Under the pieces are notes generated by a model. The model saw only the letters and a program-made list of their open reading frames with translations. It did no database searches and had not been told where the DNA came from. From Actinobacteria bacterium UBA7422 (lineage in GTDB: Bacteria > Actinomycetota > Actinomycetes > S36-B12), in contig DKME01000110.1 in NCBI GenBank assembly GCA_002469525.1, forward strand, positions 42,796 through 87,071: a stretch of 44,276 bases of DNA, given 5' to 3'. This document shows positions 9,946-19,927 of this stretch, in pieces; positions within the stretch are counted from its first letter, which is position 1, and each line of letters opens with the position of its first letter. A program made the position numbers and the translations under genes.

Positions 9946-12615
9946 ATGGATTCCGCCCAGATTCGGACCAGATTCCTCACGTTCTTTGCCGAGCGGGGGC
10001 ACGAAATTGTGCCCTCGGCATCCCTTCTCCTTGACGACCCGACGTTGTTATTCGTCAACGCAGGCATGGTGCCATTTAAGCCGTATTTCCTTGGGGAAGC
10101 ACCGGCCCCTTACCCGCGTGCCACAAGCGTTCAAAAAGTCGTTCGAACACTGGACATTGAGGAAGTAGGAAAGACCACAAGGCACGCTTCCTTTTTCCAA
10201 ATGGCCGGAAATTTTTCATTTGGTGACTACTTCAAAGAGACAGCAATCCCGTTGGCCTGGGAGTTGCTCACTAATTCAATTGATCAAGGTGGGTATGGCT
10301 TTGACCCTGAACGGCTGTGGGTAACCGTCTACCAGGATGACGATGAAGGTGAAGCGATTTGGCGCGATGTCGTGGGTGTACCGCCGAGCAGAATTCAGCG
10401 ACGCGGGATGGATGACAATTACTGGTCAATGGGAGTACCGGGACCGTGCGGCCCCTGTTCGGAGATCTACTATGACCGTGGGCCAGAGTTCGGTGTCGAA
10501 GGTGGACCGATCGCTGACGAAAATCGCTACCTTGAGGTGTGGAATCTGGTCTTCATGCAGTTTGAACGAGGGGACGGTACGGGAAAAAATGACTTCCCTA
10601 TCCTTGGCCCATTACCCGCCGCAAATATCGATACAGGTATGGGACTGGAGCGTATGGCAGCGATCCTGCAAGGGGTCGACAATATTTATGAGATTGATAC
10701 GACGCGCGGAATTCTGGACACAGCTTCACAACTTTCAGACACACAATATGGCGTGAATGAAAAAAATGACATTGCACTTCGAGTGGTCGCAGACCATTCA
10801 CGGACATGTATTTTCTTGATCTCAGACGGTGTGATCCCAGGCAATGAAGGCCGCGGATATGTACTTCGACGACTTATGCGCAGGGTAATTCGAAACATGC
10901 GGCTGCTTGGAGCGCACGAATCAACACTTCGCGCTCTGTGTGATTCTGCGATCGAAATCATGGCTCCCCAATATCCGGAACTCAATGATTCACGTGAAAG
11001 AATTCTCAGTATTGCTTCGGGTGAAGAGAATGCTTTTGCACAAACCCTCATGACCGGCAATGTGCTATTTGACTCGGCTGCCGCGGAAACTAAAAAATCT
11101 GGAAGTTCAACAATTTCGGGTGAGAAGGCGTTTGCACTACATGACACATATGGGTTCCCCATCGATTTAACGATGGAAATGGCTGCTGAGGCCGGGCTCA
11201 GCGTGGATCGTGAACGGTTCACAACTTTGATGAAAGAACAACGTGATCGCGCGAAGGCCGACTCGCTAGCGCGCAAGAGTGACTTTGCGGCAACGACCGC
11301 ATACAAGGAGATTTTGACTAGTGGGGGAGGCACTACTTTTACGGGTTACACCGAAACCGTTTCTCAGTCAATGATCACCGGACTTGTAATCCATGGAGAT
11401 TCAGTACCTGTAGCGAGTGTGGGCGGGAGCGTCGAAGTGATCCTGGATCGCACACCTTTCTACGCGGAATCGGGCGGTCAGCTCGGAGATCACGGAGTCA
11501 TCACGTCCGAATCGGATCAATCACGGATCGAGGTTTACGACGTTCAAACCCCCGTTCCGGGTCTTTTCTTACACAGAGGGAGAGTAGTTGAGGGCGAATT
11601 TACTGTTGGTGAGAGTGTTGTTTGTTCAATTGATATAGAACGACGTAAAGCAATCTCCCGTGCTCACACTGCAACCCACATGGTTCACCGGGCATTTCGG
11701 GAACGGTTGGGCGAGACGGCGACTCAAATGGGTTCTGAGAATTCACCAGGTAGATTTCGGTTTGACTTCCCAAGTCCTGAAGCGATTTCACCATCGGTAC
11801 TGCGCGATGTTGAGCAATACGTCAACGAGATGTTGATCGAAGATCTGACAGTCAGCGCTCAAGTCATGTCACAGCAGGAAGCCGTGACCATGGGAGCCAT
11901 GGCACTTTTTGGTGAAAAATACGGCAATGAAGTCCGCGTCGTCTCGGTAGGCGATTGGGCACACGAACTGTGTGGTGGAACACATGCCGTGCGTACCGGT
12001 GCCCTGGGCCTGGTGTACTTCGTCGGTGAAGGTTCCGTGGGTGCAGGTGTGCGGCGAGTGGAAGCCTTAGTGGGGTCCGACGCATATCAATTCGCAGCCA
12101 ATGAGCACATCTTGGTGAACAAACTCACCACAATGCTTAAGGTTCCAGCAGAACAACTCGTTGATCGACTCGAATCCACCATGAATTCTCTCAAGATTGC
12201 TGAAAAGGAAATTGCTGAAATTAAGCGTAGCTCTCTCCTAAAGGAAGCTGGAAACATCCTCGGTGACCCACAGCACGTTGGCAGTTGTGAATTTTGGTCT
12301 TTTTTAGCACCGGAAGGAACAGAGACCAACAGTGTTCGAGAGCTGGCCCAGCAAGCAATTTCTCGGGTGGGAAATTCGGTAAATGCGGTTGCATTCGGGG
12401 CAGTAGTTGCTGCAGGCAAAATCTCCGCTGTAATGGTGGTCAATGAAGGTGGAGTTAAAAGCGGTCTTTCTGCACAAGTCCTCCTGCGCATTGCGCTAAG
12501 TGAACTCGACGGAAAGGGCGGAGGAAAAGACAGTTTTGCTCAAGGTGCTGGCACCAATATTTCGGGTCTGACTGCAGCTATTTCTTCTGTTGAAGCGGCT
12601 TTGGCAGGCCACTAA
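9946..12615 (+). CDS. alaS: alanine--tRNA ligase
   Basis: I prefer the ATG at 9946 (MDSAQIRTRFLTFFAERGHEIVPSASL, the canonical AlaRS N-terminus) with AGGAG about 10 nt upstream. The 9817 start in the ORF track overlaps the small upstream gene. Other motifs are WSMGVPGPCGPCSEIYYD, the editing-domain HTATHMVH..CGGTH, and a C-terminal DHHA1-like GGGKDSFAQGAG. Confidence 0.95.
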   Translation: MDSAQIRTRFLTFFAERGHEIVPSASLLLDDPTLLFVNAGMVPFKPYFLGEAPAPYPRATSVQKVVRTLDIEEVGKTTRHASFFQMAGNFSFGDYFKETAIPLAWELLTNSIDQGGYGFDPERLWVTVYQDDDEGEAIWRDVVGVPPSRIQRRGMDDNYWSMGVPGPCGPCSEIYYDRGPEFGVEGGPIADENRYLEVWNLVFMQFERGDGTGKNDFPILGPLPAANIDTGMGLERMAAILQGVDNIYEIDTTRGILDTASQLSDTQYGVNEKNDIALRVVADHSRTCIFLISDGVIPGNEGRGYVLRRLMRRVIRNMRLLGAHESTLRALCDSAIEIMAPQYPELNDSRERILSIASGEENAFAQTLMTGNVLFDSAAAETKKSGSSTISGEKAFALHDTYGFPIDLTMEMAAEAGLSVDRERFTTLMKEQRDRAKADSLARKSDFAATTAYKEILTSGGGTTFTGYTETVSQSMITGLVIHGDSVPVASVGGSVEVILDRTPFYAESGGQLGDHGVITSESDQSRIEVYDVQTPVPGLFLHRGRVVEGEFTVGESVVCSIDIERRKAISRAHTATHMVHRAFRERLGETATQMGSENSPGRFRFDFPSPEAISPSVLRDVEQYVNEMLIEDLTVSAQVMSQQEAVTMGAMALFGEKYGNEVRVVSVGDWAHELCGGTHAVRTGALGLVYFVGEGSVGAGVRRVEALVGSDAYQFAANEHILVNKLTTMLKVPAEQLVDRLESTMNSLKIAEKEIAEIKRSSLLKEAGNILGDPQHVGSCEFWSFLAPEGTETNSVRELAQQAISRVGNSVNAVAFGAVVAAGKISAVMVVNEGGVKSGLSAQVLLRIALSELDGKGGGKDSFAQGAGTNISGLTAAISSVEAALAGH

Positions 12616-12617
12616 TC

Positions 12618-13115
12618 ATGGACCCCAACATTGATCAGGAAAACACCGTTGATCCGAGTTACAGAGATGGGAGTCCTGTCCGAGTCAACCAATGTCGTGT
12701 CGCATTCGACGTTGGCACCGTCCGCGTTGGAGTTGCCACATGCGATTTCGATGCAATTATGGCTTCGCCGCAGAACACAATTCCTGGTGGCGCAGTTTCT
12801 ATTGAAGCGGCCTTGTCCGTGCTCGCGGAGTATGACCCGTGTGAAGTACTTATCGGACTCCCAAGCAACTTAAAGGGTCGTGATACCGCTTCAACGGAAT
12901 ATGCTCGAGAATGGGCGCGTCAACTTAAGGAAAGTACCCGAATCCCAATTATCCTCATTGATGAGCGGCTGACCACCGTGCAAGCCGCTGGGGCATTGAG
13001 AGCCAGCGGGCATAACTCCAAACAAATGCGGAGCAAAGTTGACAGTGCTGCTGCGGCCATTTTTTTACAGGCTTATCTTGACGGTCTGGCAACAAGGAAA
13101 GGCGCCAACCAATGA
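12618..13115 (+). CDS. ruvX: Holliday junction resolvase-like / pre-16S rRNA nuclease RuvX (YqgF)
   Basis: Motifs are FDVGTVRVGVATCD and IILIDERLTTVQA. It sits immediately after alaS, which is the conserved position. Confidence 0.9.
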   Translation: MDPNIDQENTVDPSYRDGSPVRVNQCRVAFDVGTVRVGVATCDFDAIMASPQNTIPGGAVSIEAALSVLAEYDPCEVLIGLPSNLKGRDTASTEYAREWARQLKESTRIPIILIDERLTTVQAAGALRASGHNSKQMRSKVDSAAAAIFLQAYLDGLATRKGANQ

Positions 13116-14200
13116 CCTTTATCGACGAAGTCCTCAATAGCGATCAGTTACCACCTTCACGCAATGCACATAGTTGGAGCAAAAGAGTTGTAGTCGGCGC
13201 AGGACTCATTGCGGTATGTGCAATTTTCTACGGGGTTTACTCGCTACTGGGTGGATCGAGTGAAAGTAATGATTTTGTTGGGCCCGGCAGTGGCTCCGTC
13301 GAAGTCACTGTGAGTCGTGGTGACAGCCTGACGCAAATCGGTTCGTCACTGCTGAGCGCAGGGGTTGTGAAATCGATTGACAGTTTCACTTCTGCGGCGG
13401 CGAATAACGAACTGAGTTCGACAATCGGTCCTGGAATTTACACAATGCAGTCTCAAATGAGTGGTGAGTCGGCACTCGCTCTTATGCTGGATCCAGCTTC
13501 CCGGGCTTCTTCGCGTTTAGTATTGCCTGAAGGGCTTCGACTTGGTGAAACCGTTGAACTAGCCGCCAGGGCAACAGGGCTTCCAACTGCCGATTATGAA
13601 CAAGTGCTAGAAAAGCCCGACGCTCTGCCACTTCCAAGTTGGGCCGAAAGTCGACCCGAAGGATTCATGTTCCCGGCAACCTACGATTTAGTGGGAGATG
13701 AAAACGCTGAATTGGTCTTGGGAACGCTGGTTAAGAGATTCAATGAGTCGGCAAATAATATAAATTTTGAGACCAGGGCCACGCAAGCAGGTCGTAATCC
13801 TTATGAGGTCTTAACGGTGGCTTCACTGCTCGAAGGCGAGGTAATCCCTGAAGACTTCGCGAAGGTTGCGGCCGTTGTCTACAATCGGCTCAAGGCTGAT
13901 ATGCCATTACAACTCGATTCGACGGTCTCCTACGCATTGGGACTAAACGAACTCGAGCTTTCGGCAACTCAACTTGATACAGATTCGCCCTACAACACCT
14001 ACAAGGTTTCTGGGCTTCCGCCAACGCCAATCAATTCACCCGGTGAGGCCGCGCTTGAAGCCGCCCTTTCGCCCGCGAAGGGCAAATGGCTGTACTTTGT
14101 CACAGTGAATCCGGATACGGGTGAAACAAAATTCGCCAAAACTTATGAGAGATTCCTTAAACTCAAAGATGAGTACCGTGACTTTCTCGCCAGCCGATAG
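13112..14200 (+). CDS. mltG: endolytic murein transglycosylase MltG (YceG-like)
   Basis: It has an N-terminal TM helix and YceG motifs EGFMFPATY, VASLLEGEV, DSPYNTY and GLPPTPINSPG. The ATGA overlaps ruvX. Confidence 0.9.
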   Translation: MTFIDEVLNSDQLPPSRNAHSWSKRVVVGAGLIAVCAIFYGVYSLLGGSSESNDFVGPGSGSVEVTVSRGDSLTQIGSSLLSAGVVKSIDSFTSAAANNELSSTIGPGIYTMQSQMSGESALALMLDPASRASSRLVLPEGLRLGETVELAARATGLPTADYEQVLEKPDALPLPSWAESRPEGFMFPATYDLVGDENAELVLGTLVKRFNESANNINFETRATQAGRNPYEVLTVASLLEGEVIPEDFAKVAAVVYNRLKADMPLQLDSTVSYALGLNELELSATQLDTDSPYNTYKVSGLPPTPINSPGEAALEAALSPAKGKWLYFVTVNPDTGETKFAKTYERFLKLKDEYRDFLASR

Positions 14201-14212
14201 TCAGGATCTTTC

Positions 14213-15019
14213 ATGAAAGCAGCAGTATTGGGGCACCCCGTATCTCACTCGCTTTCTCCGCTTTTGCACAACGCCGCTTATCAGGAACTGGGCCTAGACA
14301 TCAGTTACAGTGCAATCGAAACCACGCGTGAGCAACTAGCAGAGCGAATTGGTCAACTCGACAACGACTACGTCGGTATGTCATTGACCATGCCACTCAA
14401 ACAAGAGGTACTCAACCTGATTTCGAAACGTTCAGCCGTGGCCGCTGAAACTGGCAGCGCAAATACGATTTTCCGGAATGCGCACGGCGACTGGGCGCTG
14501 GAAAATACCGATGTATTCGGAATCACAGAGACAATTCGACGCTCAGATATCGAGGTAGTCCCAAGCGCAAGCATTATTGGTTCGGGTGCTACTGCTCGTA
14601 GCGCCCTTAGCGCACTTGCGCAGTTGGGAGTGACCAATGTGCTGTGTATAGCTCGTAATACCGATGCGACCCAGGTGTTACAGCGACAGGGTGAGGCCAT
14701 TGGTGTGGATGTGCAGGCTCGCACCCCAGAATCCGATATTTACTTCGCTGGCAGCCTTGTGATCAGCACGGTGCCAAGTTCAGCGCAGCAGCACCTTATT
14801 GACCTGATCGCGGCAAGTCAGGAGTTGCCCGCACTTTTTGATATTGCGTACAACCCCTGGCCTAGCCGGTTAGCCACGTATTGGACGGAACATGGCGGCG
14901 GCACGGTGCTCAGCGGAATCGACATGCTGCTGTGGCAGGCGACGGTGCAGGTGGAATTATTCGGAGGTCTTCCCGCGCCTGTTGAGGCGATGCAGTTAGC
15001 AATCAGTCTGCTTCAATGA
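14213..15019 (+). CDS. aroE: shikimate dehydrogenase
   Basis: Motifs are VLGHPVSHSLSPLLHNAAY, MSLTMPLK, NTD and GSGATARS. Confidence 0.9.
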   Translation: MKAAVLGHPVSHSLSPLLHNAAYQELGLDISYSAIETTREQLAERIGQLDNDYVGMSLTMPLKQEVLNLISKRSAVAAETGSANTIFRNAHGDWALENTDVFGITETIRRSDIEVVPSASIIGSGATARSALSALAQLGVTNVLCIARNTDATQVLQRQGEAIGVDVQARTPESDIYFAGSLVISTVPSSAQQHLIDLIAASQELPALFDIAYNPWPSRLATYWTEHGGGTVLSGIDMLLWQATVQVELFGGLPAPVEAMQLAISLLQ

Positions 15020-15081
15020 GTTATCCACAGTTTGGAATCCAAATCTTGTTGTAACCCCATTCGGTCGGCCAGAATCACGAT

Positions 15082-15564
15082 ATGACACTCGTGACTTGGT
15101 TCCTTTTCGGCGCCACTTGGGGTTGGTTCCTGGTAACTGCGCTCCTGTTGTCGCGGGTTGACTTTAAAGAGCATCGATTGCCCAACTTTCTGGTGTTGAC
15201 GGCCTATTTGGGCGGACTCCTTGGATTCGGATTAATTTCATATGTGCAGGGAGACTCCGGAGTACTTTTGCAAGCGCTCGTAGGTTCGGTCTTAGCCGTG
15301 TTCGCGTACTTGATAATTCACGTTCTTGGTGGAATGGGAATGGGTGATGTCAAATACGCGGCGGTGATTGGATTGTATTTGGGATCATTGGGTTGGGCCT
15401 ACTTGTACATCGGCTCACTTATTTCATTCGGAGCAGCAGCCATGTGGGTACTGCCGCTCATGATTGGCAACAGGAAAACACGCAGCGTGCCATTTGGTCC
15501 GTTCATGGCATTTGGTGTGCTCGCGTCAGGATTTATCGCCCTAGGTGTGAGCGCGACCGTGTAA
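15082..15564 (+). CDS. short A24-family prepilin peptidase (TadV/CpaA-like, peptidase domain only)
   Basis: The product is a polytopic membrane protein. Candidate catalytic Asp contexts are SRVDFKEHRLPN and GMGMGDVKYAAVIG. Confidence 0.7.
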   Translation: MTLVTWFLFGATWGWFLVTALLLSRVDFKEHRLPNFLVLTAYLGGLLGFGLISYVQGDSGVLLQALVGSVLAVFAYLIIHVLGGMGMGDVKYAAVIGLYLGSLGWAYLYIGSLISFGAAAMWVLPLMIGNRKTRSVPFGPFMAFGVLASGFIALGVSATV

Positions 15565-15587
15565 ATCGGGTCTGACAGTATTACCTC

Positions 15588-16790
15588 ATGGTCTCGAGTC
15601 TTAGGTGGTTAACAGCCGGTGAATCACATGGTCCGGCACTTACCGCGATCATTGAGGGACTTCCCGCGTCATTTAACGTCTCTACCGCGGACCTAGATCG
15701 GGACTTGGCTCGGCGCAGACTGGGTACCGGGCGGGGTGCCCGCATGAAGTTTGAAAAGGACGATGCAACGTTTCTTGGCGGTGTGCGCCATGGTCAAAGT
15801 TTGGGTGGACCAATAGCCATTCAAATCGGGAACACCGAATGGCCAAAATGGGAATCAGTTATGAATCCGGAACCCGTTGATCCGGAAATCCTTGACACTC
15901 TGGCCCGCAATGCACCCCTCACTCGCCCACGCCCCGGGCACGCAGACCTAGCTGGAATGCAAAAATACGCCTTCGACGACGCCCGTCCGGTCTTGGAACG
16001 AGCTAGTGCTAGGGAAACAGCAGCGCGGGTCGCGCTCGGAGCCGTGGCCCGAGCCTTTCTCGAGCAAGTAGCAGGCATCACGCTGGTAAGTCATGTGGTT
16101 CGTATCGGCTCAGTGGAGTACACCGGTTCGCCGCCGATTCCAGACCAAATGGAGATAATTGATGCGAGCCCGGTTCGCTGCATTGATCCGCACGTGAGTG
16201 ATCTGATGGAAGCGGAAATAGGGTCTGCGCACCGCGATGGCGACACCCTTGGTGGGGTTGTCGAGGTCGTGGCCACCGGGTTGCCGCCGGGGCTGGGAAG
16301 TTTTACGCACTGGGATCGCCGGCTCGACTCGAAATTGGCGGCAGCACTCATGGGAATTCAAGCCATTAAGGGCGTTGAAGTGGGCGACGGGTTTAACCTG
16401 GCGGCCGTGCGGGGCTCCCTCGCCCAAGACGAAATTTTCGGCGAAGCAAATCAGGTGCGCCGGGGTTCCGGTAAGTCCGGGGGAACCGAAGGTGGCATGA
16501 GCACAGGGGAAATGCTGAGAGTGCGAGCAGCCATGAAACCTATCTCAACAATTCCCAAAGCTCTGCAAACGATTGATACGTCGACGGGGGAAGCTGCCGC
16601 CGCAATTAATCAACGCTCAGATGTGTGTGCTGTGCCCGCTGCTGGAATCGTGGCAGAGGCCATGGTTGCGTTGGTATTGGCTGAAGCGATTCTGGACAAG
16701 TTTGGCGGGGACTCGTTGAGTGAGTGCCAGCGCAATATCTTCACCTACGTGGATAATCTCGCTATCACAATCGCGCCAACAGTCACGTAG
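15588..16790 (+). CDS. aroC: chorismate synthase
   Basis: Motifs are [35 protein letters not shown] and [11 protein letters not shown]. Confidence 0.95.
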   Translation: MVSSLRWLTAGESHGPALTAIIEGLPASFNVSTADLDRDLARRRLGTGRGARMKFEKDDATFLGGVRHGQSLGGPIAIQIGNTEWPKWESVMNPEPVDPEILDTLARNAPLTRPRPGHADLAGMQKYAFDDARPVLERASARETAARVALGAVARAFLEQVAGITLVSHVVRIGSVEYTGSPPIPDQMEIIDASPVRCIDPHVSDLMEAEIGSAHRDGDTLGGVVEVVATGLPPGLGSFTHWDRRLDSKLAAALMGIQAIKGVEVGDGFNLAAVRGSLAQDEIFGEANQVRRGSGKSGGTEGGMSTGEMLRVRAAMKPISTIPKALQTIDTSTGEAAAAINQRSDVCAVPAAGIVAEAMVALVLAEAILDKFGGDSLSECQRNIFTYVDNLAITIAPTVT

Positions 16791-16798
16791 GCGCATTT

Positions 16799-17317
16799 GT
16801 GACCCCTCGAGCCATCTTGATTGGTGCACCCGGAGCTGGCAAAACAACGGTAGGTGGATTTCTTGCCGGTGACTTGGGGTGTGCATTTGCTGACTCGGAT
16901 CAACTCGTTGAAGGAGCTCACGGTGCAAGCGTTGCTGACATTTTCGTCGAAGAAGGGGAAGCATTATTTCGACTCTGGGAACAGTCGGCAATCGCCCAAG
17001 CGATCAAAGAATTCGACGGCGTTCTTGCGTTGGGTGGTGGGGCGGTCATGAACCCCGACACGGAAAGGGAGATCACTAAGAGTCGTGCGTCGGTAATTTG
17101 GCTTGAGGTGAAAAGCTCAGTAGCGTTTCGCAGAGCAGGACTATCGGCGCCAAGGCCACTGCTTGTTGGCAATGTTCGCGCGAATCTCGTCGGTCTGCTC
17201 GAAACACGGACTCCCGTGTACGAAAGACTCGCGACACACCGAATTGATGCGAACACAATGGAACCGGAACAACTGGCCCGGCACATCGCCGAGCAACTTA
17301 GAAGTGATGAATCATGA
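16799..17317 (+). CDS. aroK: shikimate kinase
   Basis: The P-loop is LIGAPGAGKTTVG, followed by DSD and GGGAV motifs. The start is GTG. Confidence 0.9.
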   Translation: MTPRAILIGAPGAGKTTVGGFLAGDLGCAFADSDQLVEGAHGASVADIFVEEGEALFRLWEQSAIAQAIKEFDGVLALGGGAVMNPDTEREITKSRASVIWLEVKSSVAFRRAGLSAPRPLLVGNVRANLVGLLETRTPVYERLATHRIDANTMEPEQLARHIAEQLRSDES

Positions 17318-18393
17318 AACGTTTTACCGTTCACGCCGAGCGCAGTTACGATATCTTGATTGGCCGCGGACTACTCGGTGAATTAGACGAGGCGGTTGCG
17401 GGGGCTACTCGGGTGGCGATTATTTATCCCGTTGCTTTGCGTGTGAGTGCTGAGTCCCTGCAGGGTGAATTGGAGAGCGCCGGCCGTCGCGCAATCTTGA
17501 TCGAAGTACCCGAGGCAGAGGAATCAAAGAGCGCCGCCGTATTGGAATATTGCTGGAACGCACTTGGCACATCAGGGTTTACCCGATCAGACATGATCAT
17601 CGGTTTGGGTGGGGGAGCAACAACTGACCTCGCAGGTTTCGTTGCGGCAACATGGTTGCGTGGAATTGCATGGATTGCCGTCCCGACCACACTTTTGGGC
17701 ATGGTGGACGCTTCGGTCGGAGGAAAAACAGGGATCAATACTGACGCAGGAAAAAATCTGGTTGGTGCTTTTCACAGTCCAAGCCTGGTGGTGATCGATG
17801 TGAACTCACTTGATTCACTTCCAGAGAATGACTTGCGAGCGGGCCTAGCCGAAGTTGCCAAGGTCGGGCTCACGAACGACCCATCTATTTTGGAAACAAT
17901 TTTGACCGAGCGTGAAAATTCATTTGACCCACATCAAGATGTCGTTACTTCACTCATTGAACGTGCGATCGCGGTAAAAGCCGAGGTCGTGTCGGGTGAC
18001 TTCACCGAGCAGGGAGGCTCAGATCTTGGTCGGGAGGTACTCAACTACGGTCACACATTCGGCCATGCAGTTGAAAAATGCGAGAATTACCGCTGGCGTC
18101 ACGGTGCCGCTGTTTCCGTTGGGATCATGTTTGTTGCAGAACTGGCTAATATCGCCGGGAGGCTCAGTGACGCTGACCTGCAAGTTCATCGAGACGTACT
18201 AGAAGTCATTGGCTTACCAACGACCTACCCTGCCGGTCGCTGGGAATCCCTTTTGTCGTCAATGAAAGTTGACAAGAAAACTCGCGGAGACCTGTTGCGT
18301 TTCGTGGTTCTAGACGGCGTTGGAAAACCGGCAATCATGGAGGGACCGGATCCTGCTCTGCTTTTTTCGGCTTATAGCAACATATCTTCCTAG
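17314..18393 (+). CDS. aroB: 3-dehydroquinate synthase
   Basis: Motifs are GLGGGATTDLAGFVAATWLRG, DASVGGKTGIN and NYGHTFGHA. The ATGA overlaps aroK. Confidence 0.95.
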   Translation: MKRFTVHAERSYDILIGRGLLGELDEAVAGATRVAIIYPVALRVSAESLQGELESAGRRAILIEVPEAEESKSAAVLEYCWNALGTSGFTRSDMIIGLGGGATTDLAGFVAATWLRGIAWIAVPTTLLGMVDASVGGKTGINTDAGKNLVGAFHSPSLVVIDVNSLDSLPENDLRAGLAEVAKVGLTNDPSILETILTERENSFDPHQDVVTSLIERAIAVKAEVVSGDFTEQGGSDLGREVLNYGHTFGHAVEKCENYRWRHGAAVSVGIMFVAELANIAGRLSDADLQVHRDVLEVIGLPTTYPAGRWESLLSSMKVDKKTRGDLLRFVVLDGVGKPAIMEGPDPALLFSAYSNISS

Positions 18394-18425
18394 GGAGTGA
18401 GGAGGCCACTCGCTAAGGTTGTGCC

Positions 18426-18872
18426 ATGGTGCACAGAGTCTTGATCCTCAACGGTCCCAACCTGAACAGGCTTGGCACCCGCGAACCTGAGATTTACGGG
18501 AACGTGAGCTATTTGGATTTGGTGGCAGGAGTCACGAGCGAAGCTGCTGGACTCGGGCTGGAAGTTGATATTCGTCAAAGCAATAGTGAGGGCGAAATCA
18601 TTGGCTGGTTACATGAAGCGGCCGACACCGGCACCCCGGTGATATTCAACCCGGCAGCATTCACGCATTATTCCTACGCGATCGCGGATGCCTGCGCCAT
18701 GCTTACCGCTCCACTACTTGAGGTGCATGTGAGTAACCCCGGTGCGCGCGAGCAATTTCGACACCATTCGGTCGTGACACCCATGGCCACGGGAGTGATT
18801 GCAGGTTTTGGAGTGGACTCCTACCTATTAGCACTGAACGCGATCTCGCGACTATTGTTGGCCAAGGCGTAA
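18426..18872 (+). CDS. aroQ: type II 3-dehydroquinate dehydratase
   Basis: Motifs are ILNGPNLNRLGTREPEIYG, NPAAFTHYS and EVHVSNP. Confidence 0.95.
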   Translation: MVHRVLILNGPNLNRLGTREPEIYGNVSYLDLVAGVTSEAAGLGLEVDIRQSNSEGEIIGWLHEAADTGTPVIFNPAAFTHYSYAIADACAMLTAPLLEVHVSNPGAREQFRHHSVVTPMATGVIAGFGVDSYLLALNAISRLLLAKA

Positions 18873-18935
18873 TTCAAAGCCCGGCGACTACACGAGTCAC
18901 CGCCAACACGTTCACAGCAGAGATAGGGCTCCTTG

Positions 18936-19499
18936 GTGGCAACCAGCAATGATTTAAAAAATGGAATGGTCCTCAGCATTGATGGACAACTGTGGACGGT
19001 AATTGACTTCCAGCACGTGAAACCGGGCAAGGGTGGTGCGTTTGTCCGTAGCAAGTTGAAGAACGTGCTGAGCGGCAAGGTGATCGACCGCACATTCAAC
19101 GCTGGCGTTAAAGTTGAGACAGCCTCGGTGGACCGTCGCGACATGCAGTACCTCTACCGCGACGGTGACAGTTGGGTTTTCATGGATAACGAATCCTACG
19201 AACAGATTCCCGTCCCTGACATGATTGTTGGTGAGAGTTCCAAATACCTCCTTGAGAACCAAAATGCGCAGGTTGCCATCCATGAAGGAAACCCAATTAT
19301 CGTTGACCTCCCTGCCTCTGTTGAAATCATGCTCACTTACACCGAGCCAGGCCTTCAAGGTGATCGTTCAAGTGGCGGCACCAAGCCAGCAACGCTGGAG
19401 ACAGGTGCAGAAATTCAGGTGCCACTGTTCATTGACTCCAATACGAAGGTCAAAGTTGATACCCGCGACGGCTCATATCTTGGTCGCGTGAACGACTAG
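18936..19499 (+). CDS. efp: elongation factor P
   Basis: The N-terminus reads (M)[30 protein letters not shown] prefer the GTG at 18936 over the TTG at 18933 because it places the conserved loop Lys at residue 32. Confidence 0.95.
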   Translation: MATSNDLKNGMVLSIDGQLWTVIDFQHVKPGKGGAFVRSKLKNVLSGKVIDRTFNAGVKVETASVDRRDMQYLYRDGDSWVFMDNESYEQIPVPDMIVGESSKYLLENQNAQVAIHEGNPIIVDLPASVEIMLTYTEPGLQGDRSSGGTKPATLETGAEIQVPLFIDSNTKVKVDTRDGSYLGRVND

Positions 19500-19927
19500 T
19501 GTCCGCTCGTGGGAAAGCCCGCAAACGCGCTTTGGACATCATTTTTGAAGCAGAGTCAAAAGAGGTACCAATCCCGATGATCCTGGGGGAGCACACCCGG
19601 CGTCGTGAGAGCGACGGTGATCCCGATTTGAACCCTTATGCAATTGAACTCGTAAACGCGGTGGCATTGCATCACGCGCAGATTGACGCAGAAATTGCGG
19701 CACATTCGCAGGGTTGGACCCTTGATCGCATGCCAGACGTCGATCGTTCGATCCTTCGGCTCTCAGTTGCAGAGTTGTTGTTTATGTCAGAAGTTCCACA
19801 CGCCGTTGTCGTGAGTCAAGCAGTCGAACTCGCGCAAAGCCTGTCCACCGATGAATCCGGATCATTTGTACATGGTGTCCTTGGTGCGGTCTCTCGTTCT
19901 GTTAAGTCAACTACTGCAGCGGGTTAA
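19499..19927 (+). CDS. nusB: transcription antitermination factor NusB
   Basis: It has the ARKRALDIIFEAE N-terminus and AELLF..P..VVVSQAVELA. The GTG overlaps the efp stop (TAGTG). Confidence 0.9.
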   Translation: MSARGKARKRALDIIFEAESKEVPIPMILGEHTRRRESDGDPDLNPYAIELVNAVALHHAQIDAEIAAHSQGWTLDRMPDVDRSILRLSVAELLFMSEVPHAVVVSQAVELAQSLSTDESGSFVHGVLGAVSRSVKSTTAAG

